Below are positions 1 to 11,689 of a stretch of DNA of 63,749 nt, piece after piece. Both the position numbers and the translations under genes were made by a program. Each line of letters begins with the position of its first letter. The first letter of the stretch is position 1. Under the pieces are notes generated by a model, which saw nothing but the letters and a program-made list of their open reading frames with translations, was not told the DNA's origin and searched no databases. Source of the stretch: Octopus bimaculoides (taxonomy: Eukaryota); the NCBI RefSeq assembly GCF_001194135.2, contig NC_068983.1:154582549-154646297 (forward strand). Direction: 5' to 3'.

Positions 1-179
1 ATCAAAAGCCACTGTCTATTTCAGGGACATTCGATTGTCTTTTTTAAGTAATACAGTATTTGTCATAAAGATAAGCATCAGTAGCGCAAATTTGTGTTTT
101 TAGTAAATTTTAATTGGTTTATGCAGATATTTGTGTAGTTTTTATTTCTAGTTTTCAAACTCAAATAACTGATGACGAT

Positions 180-1240
180 TTGGGAAATGACAGCTGTTTG
201 TGGTAACATGGGATATAAAGAGCCTGAAGAGCGAAGAAACTAGAAATAAATCTAAGAGGAAGTTTCATAAGAAAAGTCTAGCAAAGTTATTCATGAGTTG
301 TTAAGGAAATTTCAGAAAACGGCATCTGTGCATGATGACAGAAAATCTGGAGAAAGAATTGAATTGGTTCGAGAAGAATTTGCCGAGGATTCGCAGTTAT
401 CGACTTGTAACGTAGCTAGCACGTTGAAAATTCTCCGTGCATTAATCCACAGAATCCTACAGAATGATCTGAACAAAAACACTTATCACATTCAAGTTGT
501 TCACGACTTATAAGAAGAGGATTACCCATGCAGATCAGCGATGTGCACTGAGCTTATTGATCAAACTGAACAGAATTTTGTCGATTAAATCGGCGCTTCC
601 ATTGATGAAGCGACCTTCCACACGCGTGGAAAGGTTAATCGGCAAAATTGTCGCATTTGGGGAAGCAAGAAGCCAACTAAATTTCTTGAATGAGAGAGAG
701 ATACACCGTAGGTGAATGTTTCATTTGATATGACTAAATCAATAGTGTTTGGATCTTCCTTCTTTGCAGAGACCACGATCATGGGAACTGTGTATTTTGA
801 AATTCTAAAACGATTCTTCGAACCTCGACGTCTAACAGATAGCATTCTTGACACAGTAATTTTTCAACAGGTTGGAGCACCATGCCATTATGCAAAGATT
901 GTACATAATTATCTTGACAAACGCTTCGGACTTCACAGTCCGAAAGACTGCGGACTTCACAGACCTTCCTAAATCGCTGAAATCAATGCTATTTGAAACA
1001 TTGCAAGAGAAAAACTGCTGCAAAGACATGAGCAGGGTGAGTTGCAGAGAGGTGACGGTCTACGAAGGAAGGATGGAGCGTAGAGATTAGTGCGGGGACT
1101 GAAAATTATTGAGAATTTGATTAAGTCAAGGCTATATGAATGGCTTATGAATGCCTGAGTAGAGGCGACATAGCTCTGCCTACCTCGATGGACAAAGGCC
1201 ATTGTAGCAACCGTACAAAAGGTTGAGGGGGAGACATATA
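180..1240 (+). mobile_element. Degenerate Tc1/mariner transposase remnant (possibly two adjacent families)
   Basis: Broken frames read LLRKFQKTASVHDDRKSG (HTH region), IDEATFHTRGKVNRQNCRIWG (first catalytic D) and VIFQQVGAPCHYAKIVHNYLDKRF (second D motif). A Tc1-like LKIIENL..IKSRLY segment follows near 1100. Many stops and frameshifts. Confidence 0.8.
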
Positions 1241-1574
1241 CCTGTAAACCAGAGACTTAGACATGTGTGTAGGTGGTTGTGTATTAATCTCTTAGCTTGG
1301 AGAGGGGCGATTCTGAACGCGGTATTACATAAACGTGTAGAGCAGCAGCATCACAGTTGTGAGAACAAGTCTTCTATTGAGGATTCTAGTTGCGCGCTGC
1401 GCATGATAAAGGAATTTATGGGACAATAGTGTTTCCATGATATGAATAGTGTTGATGTTTTCTTGCTGAAAGAGACAAAAATTGGCAATGCTCCATTGGA
1501 GGATGCTTTCAACGCCTCTTTTTCATAGAATCTGTGTGGATTTGCCGTTTGATATCTAGTGGAAGATGCAGGGT

Positions 1575-1760
1575 CAGGGAAGGTTAGAGACGAATGAAGT
1601 GTAATGTTATCTGCGTAGTTGGACGTGACAGCAAGTGATTCCAAGGGTACGTCGGGGCTGATTGAATGAGGAAAGAGTTCTGGCAACGTTTACCACGAAA
1701 GCATAACTTGATCCAAGTTACTGATCCAAGAGAATAGGATTTCATGAGAAGTGATCCGTG
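1575..1760 (-). mobile_element. CR1/L2-group LINE reverse-transcriptase fragment
   Basis: Minus frame SWISN...SISPDVPLESLAV...SNYADNITLHSS resembles the INSGVPQGSVL and YADDSTLH motifs, with the segment between them deleted. Confidence 0.55.
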
Positions 1761-3034
1761 TTGCAGGCTAAGGAATAATTAGTTTAGAAATGTATTACGT
1801 TCTAGTGAATAAGAATGAACACATAATGCAAAATGCATTTTTATTAAATGCATTTTTATTGGTTCATTCTAAGATACTTATAATAATAATACAAGAGAAG
1901 ACACAGCACTACTGTTAGCAAGTATTTGAAACGTTCTTGCGGCAAGTCGGATAGTGTCTTATGAGTTTGCACCTATAATAAATGTGTCTGAAAAAAGCAT
2001 GAAAACTCGTAAAAAATATGTTGGATGCCACTTACTGCTTGTGAGGAATCAGTTATTTAGATTTGACCATATATNNNNNNNNNNNNNNNNNNNNNNNNNN
2101 NNNNNNNNNNNNNNNNNNNNNNNNNNNNNNNNNNNNNNNNNNNNNNNNNNNNNNNNNNNNNNNNNNNNNNNNNNNNNNNNNNNNNNNNNNNNNNNNNNNN
2201 NNNNNNNNNNNNNNNNNNNNNNNATATATATCGTCTGCTAAAAAGAAAAAGATCACTAGTCGTTGGGATTCAACTTTAATACAGAATAATTCAAGAATTG
2301 ATGAGTAAGTTGGCCTCGTTAAATGTTCTAACGTTCACACAGTCTAGAAGTTGATGGAAATATAATCTACATATTCATTTTGATTAAACTTTAAGCAAGC
2401 TAAAGATTTACTTTTTCTTTCGAGTAGTAACGTAAAACACAAAAGTTTTATTTCCGCTGCTATCCGTCACTCAAACCACCAAAAGAATCTCTACGCGGTC
2501 TTTCGACCTACAAGAAGTGATTGCCAAATTTCCTTCAAGTTACACCAACTGACTTAAGATACACAGCGGGATTGATAATCGATCTGATCGATCACTACCA
2601 ACACCAAACCTTCAGTAACATAATCTGAACCTCAATACTTACACTTTGTGGAGTATGTTTTAAGTGGAAGCTTCAACTAATATTGTGTGATCGTCGTGAA
2701 TTTGTTACACACTTCCTGTGAGCAATGTATTGGATATAGATTCAATTCCCAGCTGGAATTTACGACTTAAGGCGATACAGATTGCTCTTAAGAAGTTTGC
2801 GCAGGATAAAACCTGTCTTTATCTCTTACTTAAGCCTCAATTATATATTTGTTGGCTTCGCTTGTAAAAGTAAATGATGCATCCGCATTCTGGTGCCAAC
2901 ATGAATGCTTCAGTTATTCAATCAACACAGATATATGCATTTCAGTACTTATATATATATATATATATATATGTATATGTGTGTATATATATATGTATGT
3001 ATATATATAGAGAGAGATACAGAGAGCGAAAGAA

Positions 3035-3925
3035 AGAGTGAGTGAGTGAATGAGTGAGTGAGTGAATGAGTGAGTGAATGAGTGAGTGAGTGATTGAGTG
3101 AGTGATTGAATATGTGAGTGAGTGGGTGAATGAGTGAGTGAGTGAGTGAGTGATTGATTGAGTGAGTGAGTGAGTGAGTGAGTGAGTGAGTGAGCGATGA
3201 GTGAGTGAATGAGTGAGTCACTGACTGACTGAGTGAGCGAGTGAGTGAGTGAGTGAGTGAATGAGTGATTGAATGAGTGAGTGAATGAGTGAATGAGTGA
3301 GTGAGTGAGCAAGTGAGCGGGTGAGTGAGTGAGTGAGTGAATGAGTGAGTGAATGAGTGAATGAGTGATTGAGTGAGCAAGTGAACGAGTGAGTGAGTGA
3401 GTGAGTGAATGAGTGAGTGAATGAGTGAGTGAATGAGTGAGTGAATGAGTGAATGAGTGAGTGAGCGAGTGAGTGAGTGAATGAGTGAGTGAGTGAGTGA
3501 GTGAGTGAGTGAGTGAGTGAGTGAGTGAGTGAGTGAGTGAGTGAATGAGTGAGTGAATGAGTGAGTGAATGAGTGAATGAGTGAGTGAATGAGTGAATGA
3601 GTGAGTGAGTGAGTGAGTGAGTGAATGAGTGAATGAGTGAGTGAGTGAGCAAGTGAGCGAGTGAGTGAGTGAATGAGTAAGTGAATGAGTGATGAGTGAG
3701 TGAGTGAGCAAGTGAGTGAGTGAGTGAGTGAGTGAATGAGTGAGTGAGTGAGCAAGTGAGTGAGTGAGTGAATGAGTGAGTGAATGAGTGAGTGAATGAG
3801 TGAGTGAATAAGTGAATGAGTGAGTGAGTGAGTGAGTGAGTGAGTCAGTGAGTGAGTGAGTGAATGAGTAAGTGAATGAATGAATGAGTGAGTAAGTGAG
3901 CAAGTGAGTGAGTGAGTGAGTGAGT
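3035..3925. repeat. Long compound tetranucleotide array (TGAG/TGAA)n
   Basis: About 890 bp of GAGT units interspersed with GAAT and GCAA variants. It is the source of the spurious HSLT-repeat ORFs. Confidence 0.97.
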
Positions 3926-3932
3926 GGAAAAA

Positions 3933-3936
3933 GATA

Positions 3937-3980
<44 letters not shown>

Positions 3981-3997
3981 TTGATAGACAAACTGGC

Positions 3998-4078
<81 letters not shown>
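3933..4078. repeat. (GATA)n/(GACA)n microsatellite
   Basis: Direct reading of the sequence. Confidence 0.97.
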
Positions 4079-4424
4079 TACACATCATATATCAAATACC
4101 ATATATTTTGAGAACAATACTTCTTGAATTATTATTGGTAAATAACCGTAACATATCTATTTGTATCTTTGACTCAATCCTCATGCAAAATCAGGGTGAT
4201 ACTCTGTGACAAGTCTAGGCTTTCAAATCACAGATAATGCATCCGACTGACTCCCATATATATTCCTTCTTTACAATTTCAGTGTGAAGATTTAGGTCAG
4301 ATCAGGCCTGCCCACGAAGAAGTTTGTCAAATATTCTACATATTGGAAGCGAACTCAGAATCTCATGATTGGAAAGACAGCCTCTCAGCCATTCGGTTAC
4401 GCCGGCGCCCACACATGATGTTGA

Positions 4425-5010
4425 TATGTTCGGTAGAGACCCTATAGTCTTCGTGTTCGTCTCCCAACTCTGGTTGACAGCGGAAATCGGTTTGCTTACG
4501 TTCGAGTTAGCTAGCGGTTTGGCATAAGAGACCGATGGAATAAGGGCATAACTACAGATTTCTCAAAAATAACCCCCAATTGTTTTCCTCCAAAATTCCT
4601 ATGTCCTCGGAATCTATATAGTCCGAGGTATATTTGTAGAGGATTTCATTAAAAGATATCCATTTTTCTTGAAAGTTAGGACGAATTGAAGGGGACTCCG
4701 GGGAATTTTCCGAAATACCCCACTCCCACCCCTCCTAAAACACTTTTCCCAAAAACATTTTGTATATTCGGAATGTACATGTTATAAAATATATTCGTAG
4801 AAAATTTCATTAAAAAATATCCCTTTTTCTGGAAGTTATGATCATACAAATTCGGGGGTGAGGCAGAAATCTGTAGTTAAGCCAGAATAAGTTCTAGGGT
4901 CTAAAAAACGATAAATACTGGAGTTGATTCGTTGTAGCTAAAACACTTCAAGGTGGTGCTCCAGTATGGCTGTATTCCAATGACTGAAGCTAGTAAAAGA
5001 TAAAAGAAAT
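4425..5010 (+). mobile_element. SINE-C 3' half, interrupted by a MITE
   Basis: Matches the copies at 11795-12030 and 54985-55360: ...GAGACCGAT(A/G)GAATAAG...GGTGGTGCTCCAG(C/T)ATGGC...ATGACTGAA...GTAAAAGATAAAAGA tail. Confidence 0.7.
4545..4883. mobile_element. 339-bp MITE with 19-bp TIRs and 8-bp TSD
   Basis: TIRs GGCATAACTACAGATTTCT (4545-4563) and AGAAATCTGTAGTTAAGCC (4865-4883), one mismatch. Flanks GGAATAAG (4537-4544) and AGAATAAG (4884-4891). Two internal diverged direct subrepeats. Confidence 0.85.
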
Positions 5011-5199
5011 ACTTTTCCCTCTTTGGTAAAATATGCCCAACATATCTATTATTACGACATAGACTGATTCTGTTTTCATTCCTTTCATTGAGGTTATCTT
5101 TATTTCTAGATCTTTATACTTGGATAGTTTCTTCATTTCTTACAGAAATAGCATATTGTTGTCTGGTGGAATTGATTACATCGATTAAAAAGCATTTTG

Positions 5200-5475
5200 C
5201 CAGGTGGTTTTTGACAACATCTATACCATTTTACCACTATTTCAACTACTGCTGCTGCTACAGAAAACTACGGTTACTTGCGCCTCCACCACTACCACTA
5301 CTATTACAACCATTATTATCACTACTACTATTACTACTGCTATCAACGCCACCACCAGCACCATCATACAACTGCTGCTGCTACTACTACTACTACTACT
5401 ACTACAACTACTATCACCACCACCACCACGACTACTACTACTACTATTAATATTACTGCTATAACCCCGACGAAT
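5200..5475. repeat. Degenerate trinucleotide low-complexity tract (CTA/CAC/TAC/CTG)
   Basis: Direct reading of the sequence. Confidence 0.9.
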
Positions 5476-5487
5476 AATAATAATAAT

Positions 5488-6031
5488 TTTTTCTGCTATA
5501 AGCACAAGGCCTGGAATTCTGAGGGAGGGAGCGAGTCGATTGCATCGACCCGAGCGATCCACTGGTACTTTCTTCATCAAACCGGAAATGGTGAAACGCA
5601 AAGTCAACCACTGCGGTGTTTTAGTCTAGAGTGTAAAGGCGAACGAAATGCCTCTTAGCCTCTTGTTCGGCATCCTAACGATTCTGCCAGCTTGCCACAT
5701 TAATAATAATAATAATAATAGTTTCAAGTTTTGACACAAGGCCAGCAAGTCCAGGTGACAGAGATAAGTCGATTACAACGACCCCAGTTCTCAACCGGTA
5801 CTTAATTCATCGACCTCCAAAGGATGACAAGTAAAGTCGATCTCGGCGAAATTTGAATTCAGAACGTTAATATAATGTAATATATATTCAAAGGTTTTGC
5901 CACAAGGGCAGCTTGGGAGAGGTGCGGATGAGTATATTATATCGACTCCAGTGTTCAACTGGTACTTATTTTATCGTCCTCGAAAGGATGAAAGGAAAAG
6001 TCAACCTTGTTGGAATTTGAACTCAGAACGT
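5488..6031 (-). mobile_element. Three tandem SINE-B copies (5488-5700, 5723-5866, 5895-6031)
   Basis: Each shows CACAAGG...GTCGATT(A/G)CA(T/A)CGAC(C/T)C...ACTGGTACTT...ATCG...GGATGAAAGG...GAACTCAGAACG in minus orientation. (TAA)n separates the first two copies. Confidence 0.85.
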
Positions 6032-6034
6032 AAA

Positions 6035-6162
<128 letters not shown>

Positions 6163-6546
6163 NNNNNNNNNNNNNNNNNNNNNNNNNNNNNNNNNNNNNN
6201 NNNNNNNNNNNNNNNNNNNNNNNNNNNNNNNNNNNNNNNNNNNNNNNNNNNNNNNNNNNNNNNNNNNNNNNNNNNNNNNNNNNNNNNNNNNNNNNNNNNN
6301 NNNNNNNNNNNNNNNNNNNNNNNNNNNNNNNNNNNNNNNNNNNNNNNNNNNNNNNNNNNNNNNNNNNNNNNNNNNNNNNNNNNNNNNNNNNNNNNNNNNN
6401 NNNNNNNNNNNNNNNNNNNNNNNNNNNNNNNNNNNNNNNNNNNNNNNNNNNNNNNNNNNNNNNNNNNNNNNNNNNNNNNNNNNNNNNNNNNNNNNNNNNN
6501 NNNNNNNNNNNNNNNNNNNNNNNNNNNNNNNNNNNNAAATATATAT

Positions 6547-6712
6547 AACATACAGAAAATTGCACTACTGGGTACTGCACACATCCTACGCAAAACACTT
6601 TCAATACAGTAAACATAAGAGCACCACAGCAAACCACAGCACATACCCAAGGCGCACAGAGCTGTGCTCGGTAGTGAAGTGAAAGCACGTTATAAAAATA
6701 AAACTACTGAAC
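6547..6712 (+). mobile_element. R4/Dong-like RLE retrotransposon 3' end, (TAA)n-associated family
   Basis: Encodes NIQKIALLGTAHILRKTLSIQ*, the typical R4-clade C-terminus (LQKxxLLGTAxILRK). A ~100-bp 3' UTR ends AAAATAAAACTACTGAAC and runs into (AAT)n. Confidence 0.8.
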
Positions 6713-6767
6713 AATAATAATAATAATAATAAACAACAACAACAACAATAATAATAATAATAATAAT

Positions 6768-8500
6768 GATTGTTATTATTTATTTTATTTGCCACTAGAG
6801 TGAAAGATGAAGGGGACAGTAAAAAGACAGACATAAAGTGTTGGGGTTTACATATAATGGGAAAAAGTATACAAAAAAGAGAAGTATGCATAGTATACAT
6901 CACTAGAGAAAAAAAAGTAATAGTGATGGGGGTCCTTCTGATACAGGAGGGCCTCTAGGGAGGACCTCAAGGAACCCAACGATCCAACATCATCCTGAAT
7001 TCCAAGGACGAGTGCCCTCTCCAAATCCCTTTCTTCCGACTCACAGGTCTACACTGAGAGTGGTACCATCNNNNNNNNNNCACTGAGAGTGGTACCATCC
7101 ACTCTTGCCATTTTCGCAACTTTCACCCACCTCTTAGTAAATTCACTCGAGAACAGCACCTCCCTCTCCTCTCTCACTTTCTTTTTCAAATGGGGAATGT
7201 ATCTCTCCTCGTTCCTTTCAACCTCGTCCACCAAACAACCTCTTTCACTACAGCCACCAGATAAAGAAAAACTGCCTTGCCTGCCTGACTAAAGGAGGAC
7301 GGCGGGGCAATCATCGTTATGGACTCAGCTGACAGATGGATCCCTTCCACACGCGACAGCACCTGTTCGATATACCTCCACAAGTCAGCAATACACGGAT
7401 ACTGAACGAGTGCAAGCAAAACGGGTTTGTCGCTCCTCGAGCATCTCGGAGAAGCCCGTTTGACAGCACATCTGTGCCCATAGAATTTATCTCGAACTTG
7501 TAGCGCTCCCACCCCCGGTAGCATTGCCAAAGACATTTGCAAATTATCCATAATAGTTCCCGACCGTAAAGTCTTCCGGAATAGACTTGCCAGTTCGTCT
7601 TCGTCGACGCCTAGGGTCTCCCCGAAGACGTCCTCGCATTTCCCCGCAACTAATCCTCTCTATATAGCTAAAGTGAAACATCTACCGATCCTATTGGCGG
7701 ACTTATAGAGGATAGTCCGCCTCTAGTACTAAAGAGCAAGGCGTTTCCAAGAATGTTTCTAGACACCTGCAGAAATTTGGTCTTCCAGCCCCTGTTGGGG
7801 CATAAACCGCCACCAGTCTAAAGGCGCCACTTTCGCCGCTGTTCACTATCCATGTACAGAAAGATAGCCCTGTACTTGGAGATCTAAGGATGTCCTAGAG
7901 TAGCACTGCAACACTGCCACCTGCTCTCGTTAGACCACAAGATGAGAATACATCCATCTGAAACCTCGAAAATGATTGCTAGAGCCTGTTTTCTGGAGAT
8001 TCTTATTTCATTAATAGCAGCCACATCTAAAACAAGCGAGATTATTGAGCAAGTGATCTTGCATCCAAGCTGATCCCAGGCCACGCACATTCACATATGT
8101 GACATCTTGGCTTTCTACCCTTCACTAACACTGACAGATGAGTAACAGCCGAGAGATCAATTAGATCGGGCAGCTAGTCGATATGGTCTTACTTACATTG
8201 TAAAGTCAGTTCCATACCTATACCTGACCAGTTTTGCTTAGATATTTTCTTGACCTCCAAGATTGTCACCTCGTCTTCTGATTCTGCCAAGACGGCCGCC
8301 ACTAACTAGTTGATGGATATTTCTAGCGGCGCATTCAGCACCCTAAGTTTAATTAACTCCGATGCAGCGGTATGTGACCTTGCATCTCAAAATATTCTCT
8401 ATCACACCGGATGGAGGTTTTAGGGCTACCCTTCTCCCATTCCTTTTAGCAATTTTCCTTGCCACTTTAAAATCTTCATCTCCAAATTTCTCGCAGCAAT
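6768..8500 (-). mobile_element. Tx1/L1-clade LINE, internally deleted (APE N-terminus fused to ORF2 C-terminus)
   Basis: VNVRGLG...LDVAAINEI (~8095-8010) and FRLVAVYAP...FLETPCSLVL (~7823-7725) are AP-endonuclease motifs. They join directly to GETLGVDEDELASLF...LQVRDK...PRC..SD.PVL.ALVQYP...KEVVWWTRLKG, the C-terminal zinc-knuckle region, then a 3' UTR ending GCAAATAAA. No RT motifs lie between. The 5' boundary is uncertain. Confidence 0.8.
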
Positions 8501-9066
8501 CGCAAAAGAAACTGCAACAGAGGCGTTTTTGGCGGCCGTGGCAGTGGTGATATTCGTGTTTCTAAGCTTTACTTCTTTGTTATCATCATCGTCGTCGTTG
8601 TTGTTGCTATTGTTATTGTCCCTGCTGTTGCTGTTGCTATTGGTATTGTTGTTGCCGTCACCGAAAGTTTTGACGTTGCTTAGAGACGAAACAGTATTTG
8701 CCTCCGTGACGTCATTAAGTGTAGGCCATTCTATATATTTGTTCTCATTTTTCTCCGACAAGGAATGCAGCCCATTCTCGAACATTATAATGACTTCTTT
8801 ATTAGCCATCTTTAAATAGTTGAAGAGCATGGCAAAATATTTGCTTTTGCCGAAAGTAATTAAAATTCAAAAATTATTGATGCGCAGCCTTTGAAAAACA
8901 GTGGGTGTTTCTATATAAAAATATTATCTGGGCAGTTCAGACAATCCCAGAAAAGCGATGGTAACAATAAAAATGAAAACACGGGGCCTTAGAAGCCCGA
9001 AAAGATTACAAACACTATTTAAACTTACACAGCTTCAAATTTCCGTGACTTTACAGTATGGTGGCC

Positions 9067-9102
<36 letters not shown>

Positions 9103-9112
9103 NNNNNNNNNN

Positions 9113-9140
<28 letters not shown>

Positions 9141-9144
<4 letters not shown>

Positions 9145-9354
9145 CTTTTCTACCATAGGCACAAGGCCTGAAATTTAAGGAAGGGAACAGTCTATTACGT
9201 CAAACTCAGTATTTCATTAGTATTTAATTTATCGATCCCGAAAGGATGAAAGGCAAATTCGACCTCGACAGAATTTGAACTCTAAACATGAAGATAGACA
9301 AAATACCGCTAAGCATTTTTCCCAGCTTCCTAATGATTCTGTCAACTTGCCAAT

Positions 9355-9355
<1 letters not shown>
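9141..9355 (-). mobile_element. SINE-B copy flanked by (TAA)n on both sides
   Basis: Full family consensus from the CCTTTTCTA.CATAGGCACAAGGCC tail to the GATTCTG.CA.CTTGCC head. Confidence 0.85.
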
Positions 9356-9442
<87 letters not shown>

Positions 9443-9450
9443 CAGGACTT

Positions 9451-9591
9451 AGAAAATTGCACTACTGGGTACTGCACACATTCTACGNNNNNNNNNNAAG
9501 CACCACAGCAAACCACAGCACATACACAAGGCGCACAGAGCTGCGCTCGGTAGTGAAGTGAAAGCACGTTATAAAAATAAAACTACTGAAC
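9451..9591 (+). mobile_element. R4/Dong-like 3' end, second (TAA)n-embedded copy
   Basis: Nearly identical to 6547-6712 (KIALLGTAHIL...AAAATAAAACTACTGAAC). (AAT)n on both sides; contains a 10-N gap. Confidence 0.8.
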
Positions 9592-9616
9592 AATAATAAT
9601 AATAATAATAATAATA

Positions 9617-9654
<38 letters not shown>

Positions 9655-9656
<2 letters not shown>

Positions 9657-10370
9657 CATTTCTTTGCCGCAAGCGCGAAGGATGGGGGGAACAATACAAA
9701 GACAGATATAAAGTGTGGTTGTTTATGTATAATGGAGTGAGAAAAAAAAGCTACGTATACACGGTATACACTGAAAAAGAAGGGACATAGCGGGCTGGAG
9801 GTTGATAGAGATGTAGTCCTCCTGGTACAAGAGGACATTCTGGGATGATCGAGGAACACCACTGTCCGAGATTTCCTTGAACACCAAGAGCAAGTGCCCT
9901 TGCCAAATCCCTCTCTCCGATTTACAGGTCTACACTGAGAGAGGTACCATCCATTCTTGCCATTTCCGCAACTTTTACCCATCTTTCAATAAACTCAGTC
10001 GAGGACAGCACATCCCTCTCCATTCTCAATTTCCTTTCCAAGTGAAACTTGAAGAAGTTTATGAAAGCTCTACCAAGGAGGAATGTATTTGTCCTCATGC
10101 ATTTCAGCCTTGTCCGCCATACAACCTCTTTCGCCACATCCACCATAGGAAATCTGTTTTAACTTCCCGATTAAAGGAGGGTAGAATGGCAACCATCACT
10201 ACAGACTCGGCCGACAGACGGATCCGTCCCACATGTGACAGCAGCGGTTCGATATAACCCCACAAGTCAGCAATGCGCGGACACTGAACGAGGGCGTCCA
10301 GAACGATTTCGTCACTTTGCGCGCACCTTGGACAAGCCGTCTGACAGCACATCAGTGCCTGTAGGGTTTC
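9655..10370 (-). mobile_element. Tx1/L1-clade LINE, 5'-truncated 3' end
   Basis: QTACPRCAQSDEIVLDALVQCPRIADLW zinc knuckle and KEVVWRTRLK. Homologous to but clearly diverged from 6768-7550. The tail abuts (ATC)n(ATT)n. Confidence 0.8.
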
Positions 10371-10384
10371 TAATATAAATGATA

Positions 10385-10562
10385 AACCTTTCTACTAGAG
10401 CCACTATGCATGAAATTTAGTGGAAGGGGTTAAGTCGATTACATCGACTCCAGGGTTTCACTGGTACTTAATTTATCGAACCCGAAGGGATGAAAGGCAA
10501 AGTCGACCTTGAGGGAATTTGAACTCAGAACGTAGATGTAGTTGAAATACCGCTAAGCATTT
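10385..10562 (-). mobile_element. SINE-B copy
   Basis: AGTCGATTACATCGACTCCAG...ACTGGTACTTAATTTATCGAACCCGAAGGGATGAAAGGCAAAGTCGACC...GAACTCAGAACG. Confidence 0.85.
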
Positions 10563-10836
10563 CAAGAAGAAAAAGGAGGAGGGGAGAANNNNNNNNNNNN
10601 NNNNNNNNNNNNNNNNNNNNNNNNNNNNNNNNNNNNNNNNNNNNNNNNNNNNNNNNNNNNNNNNNNNNNNNNNNNNNNNNNNNNNNNNNNNNNNNNNNNN
10701 NNNNNNNNNNNNNNNNNNNNNNNNNNNNNNNNNNNNNNNNNNNNNNNNNNNNNNNNNNNNNNNNNNNNNNNNNNNNNNNNNNNNNNNNNNNNNNNNNNNN
10801 NNNNNNNNNNNNNNNNNNNNNNNNNNNNNNNNNNNN

Positions 10837-10889
10837 NAGCAGGAGGAGGAGGTGGTGGTGGTGGTAGTGGTGGTGGTGGTGGTGGCGGC

Positions 10890-10927
<38 letters not shown>

Positions 10928-10928
10928 T
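10837..10928. repeat. Compound GC-rich triplet tract (GGA)(GGT)(GGC)(GAC)
   Basis: Direct reading of the sequence. Confidence 0.95.
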
Positions 10929-11689
10929 GTGAGTCTACTCAACCACCACCGCTCAGACGATAATCTTGATATCCCGATGTACAAGGACCAGGTAACCACC
11001 GTCCATTTTTCCCAGTGCATTTACGATGTTAGCAGACTCTAATGAGTCCATAATACTTTGGGGCCGCTGACCGGTCCCCATTCAACATCATCTTAAACAG
11101 AGCAGTCCAGAAGAAGGGAGCTAGGAGACCACAGGATGTCTTCAATGTTAGTTAGTATGAAACGCTCACGTTTCATCACTTACAACTTGTACTTGATGTC
11201 AGGCACAACACGTCTTATGGTGAACTCCTCCACCCTGAGCACGTTAGTTATAGCCTTGTAAACCTGTCGGAGTTGTTACGAAGTACTGGACCTACTGAAC
11301 GGACTCAGTTGCTCAGTCGATATCTGACTGCTGAGAATACTTTTTCTATGTCCATGTTCCTGAACTTAAACACCAAGAATCCGTCCAAGTAGCCAGTAAT
11401 CTCCCAGTTTCTTAGGGCATGAAAAGTAGTGTGCTGCACTTTCATATCCTGAATCATATAGCAATTTATGCAATCTACAGTAACGGTGCAGTCGATATGC
11501 CTGAAATAGGAACGAGAACGTATAATATGCTGCACAACATTACTTTGTGTCGGTTTCCATTTTTGGTGCTTTGAAGTACTGTGCACTACAATAAGTATCT
11601 ACATCCAAGCTTTAATACAAACATATTACTCTACCTTTGGTATTCGAGTACTATTTTTTCCACCTTGTTTAGCACTTACGTGCTCACCT

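Noticed and set aside
222-245. CTGAAGAG...GAAAC hammerhead-like string
   Set aside because: No stem II or stem I pairing; it lies within mariner coding sequence.
2914-4095. 393/379-aa ORFs with HSLT repeats
   Set aside because: Translation of a tetranucleotide microsatellite lacking stops on one strand; no domain and no splice context.
7051-7100. Short direct repeats across 10-N gaps (also 13885-13995)
   Set aside because: Overlapping contig ends left unmerged by the assembler, not biological duplications.
8426-8830. 134-aa Asn/Asp-rich ORF as a host gene or Tx1 ORF1
   Set aside because: The centre is a degenerate trinucleotide tract and there is no recognisable domain, so it cannot be assigned.
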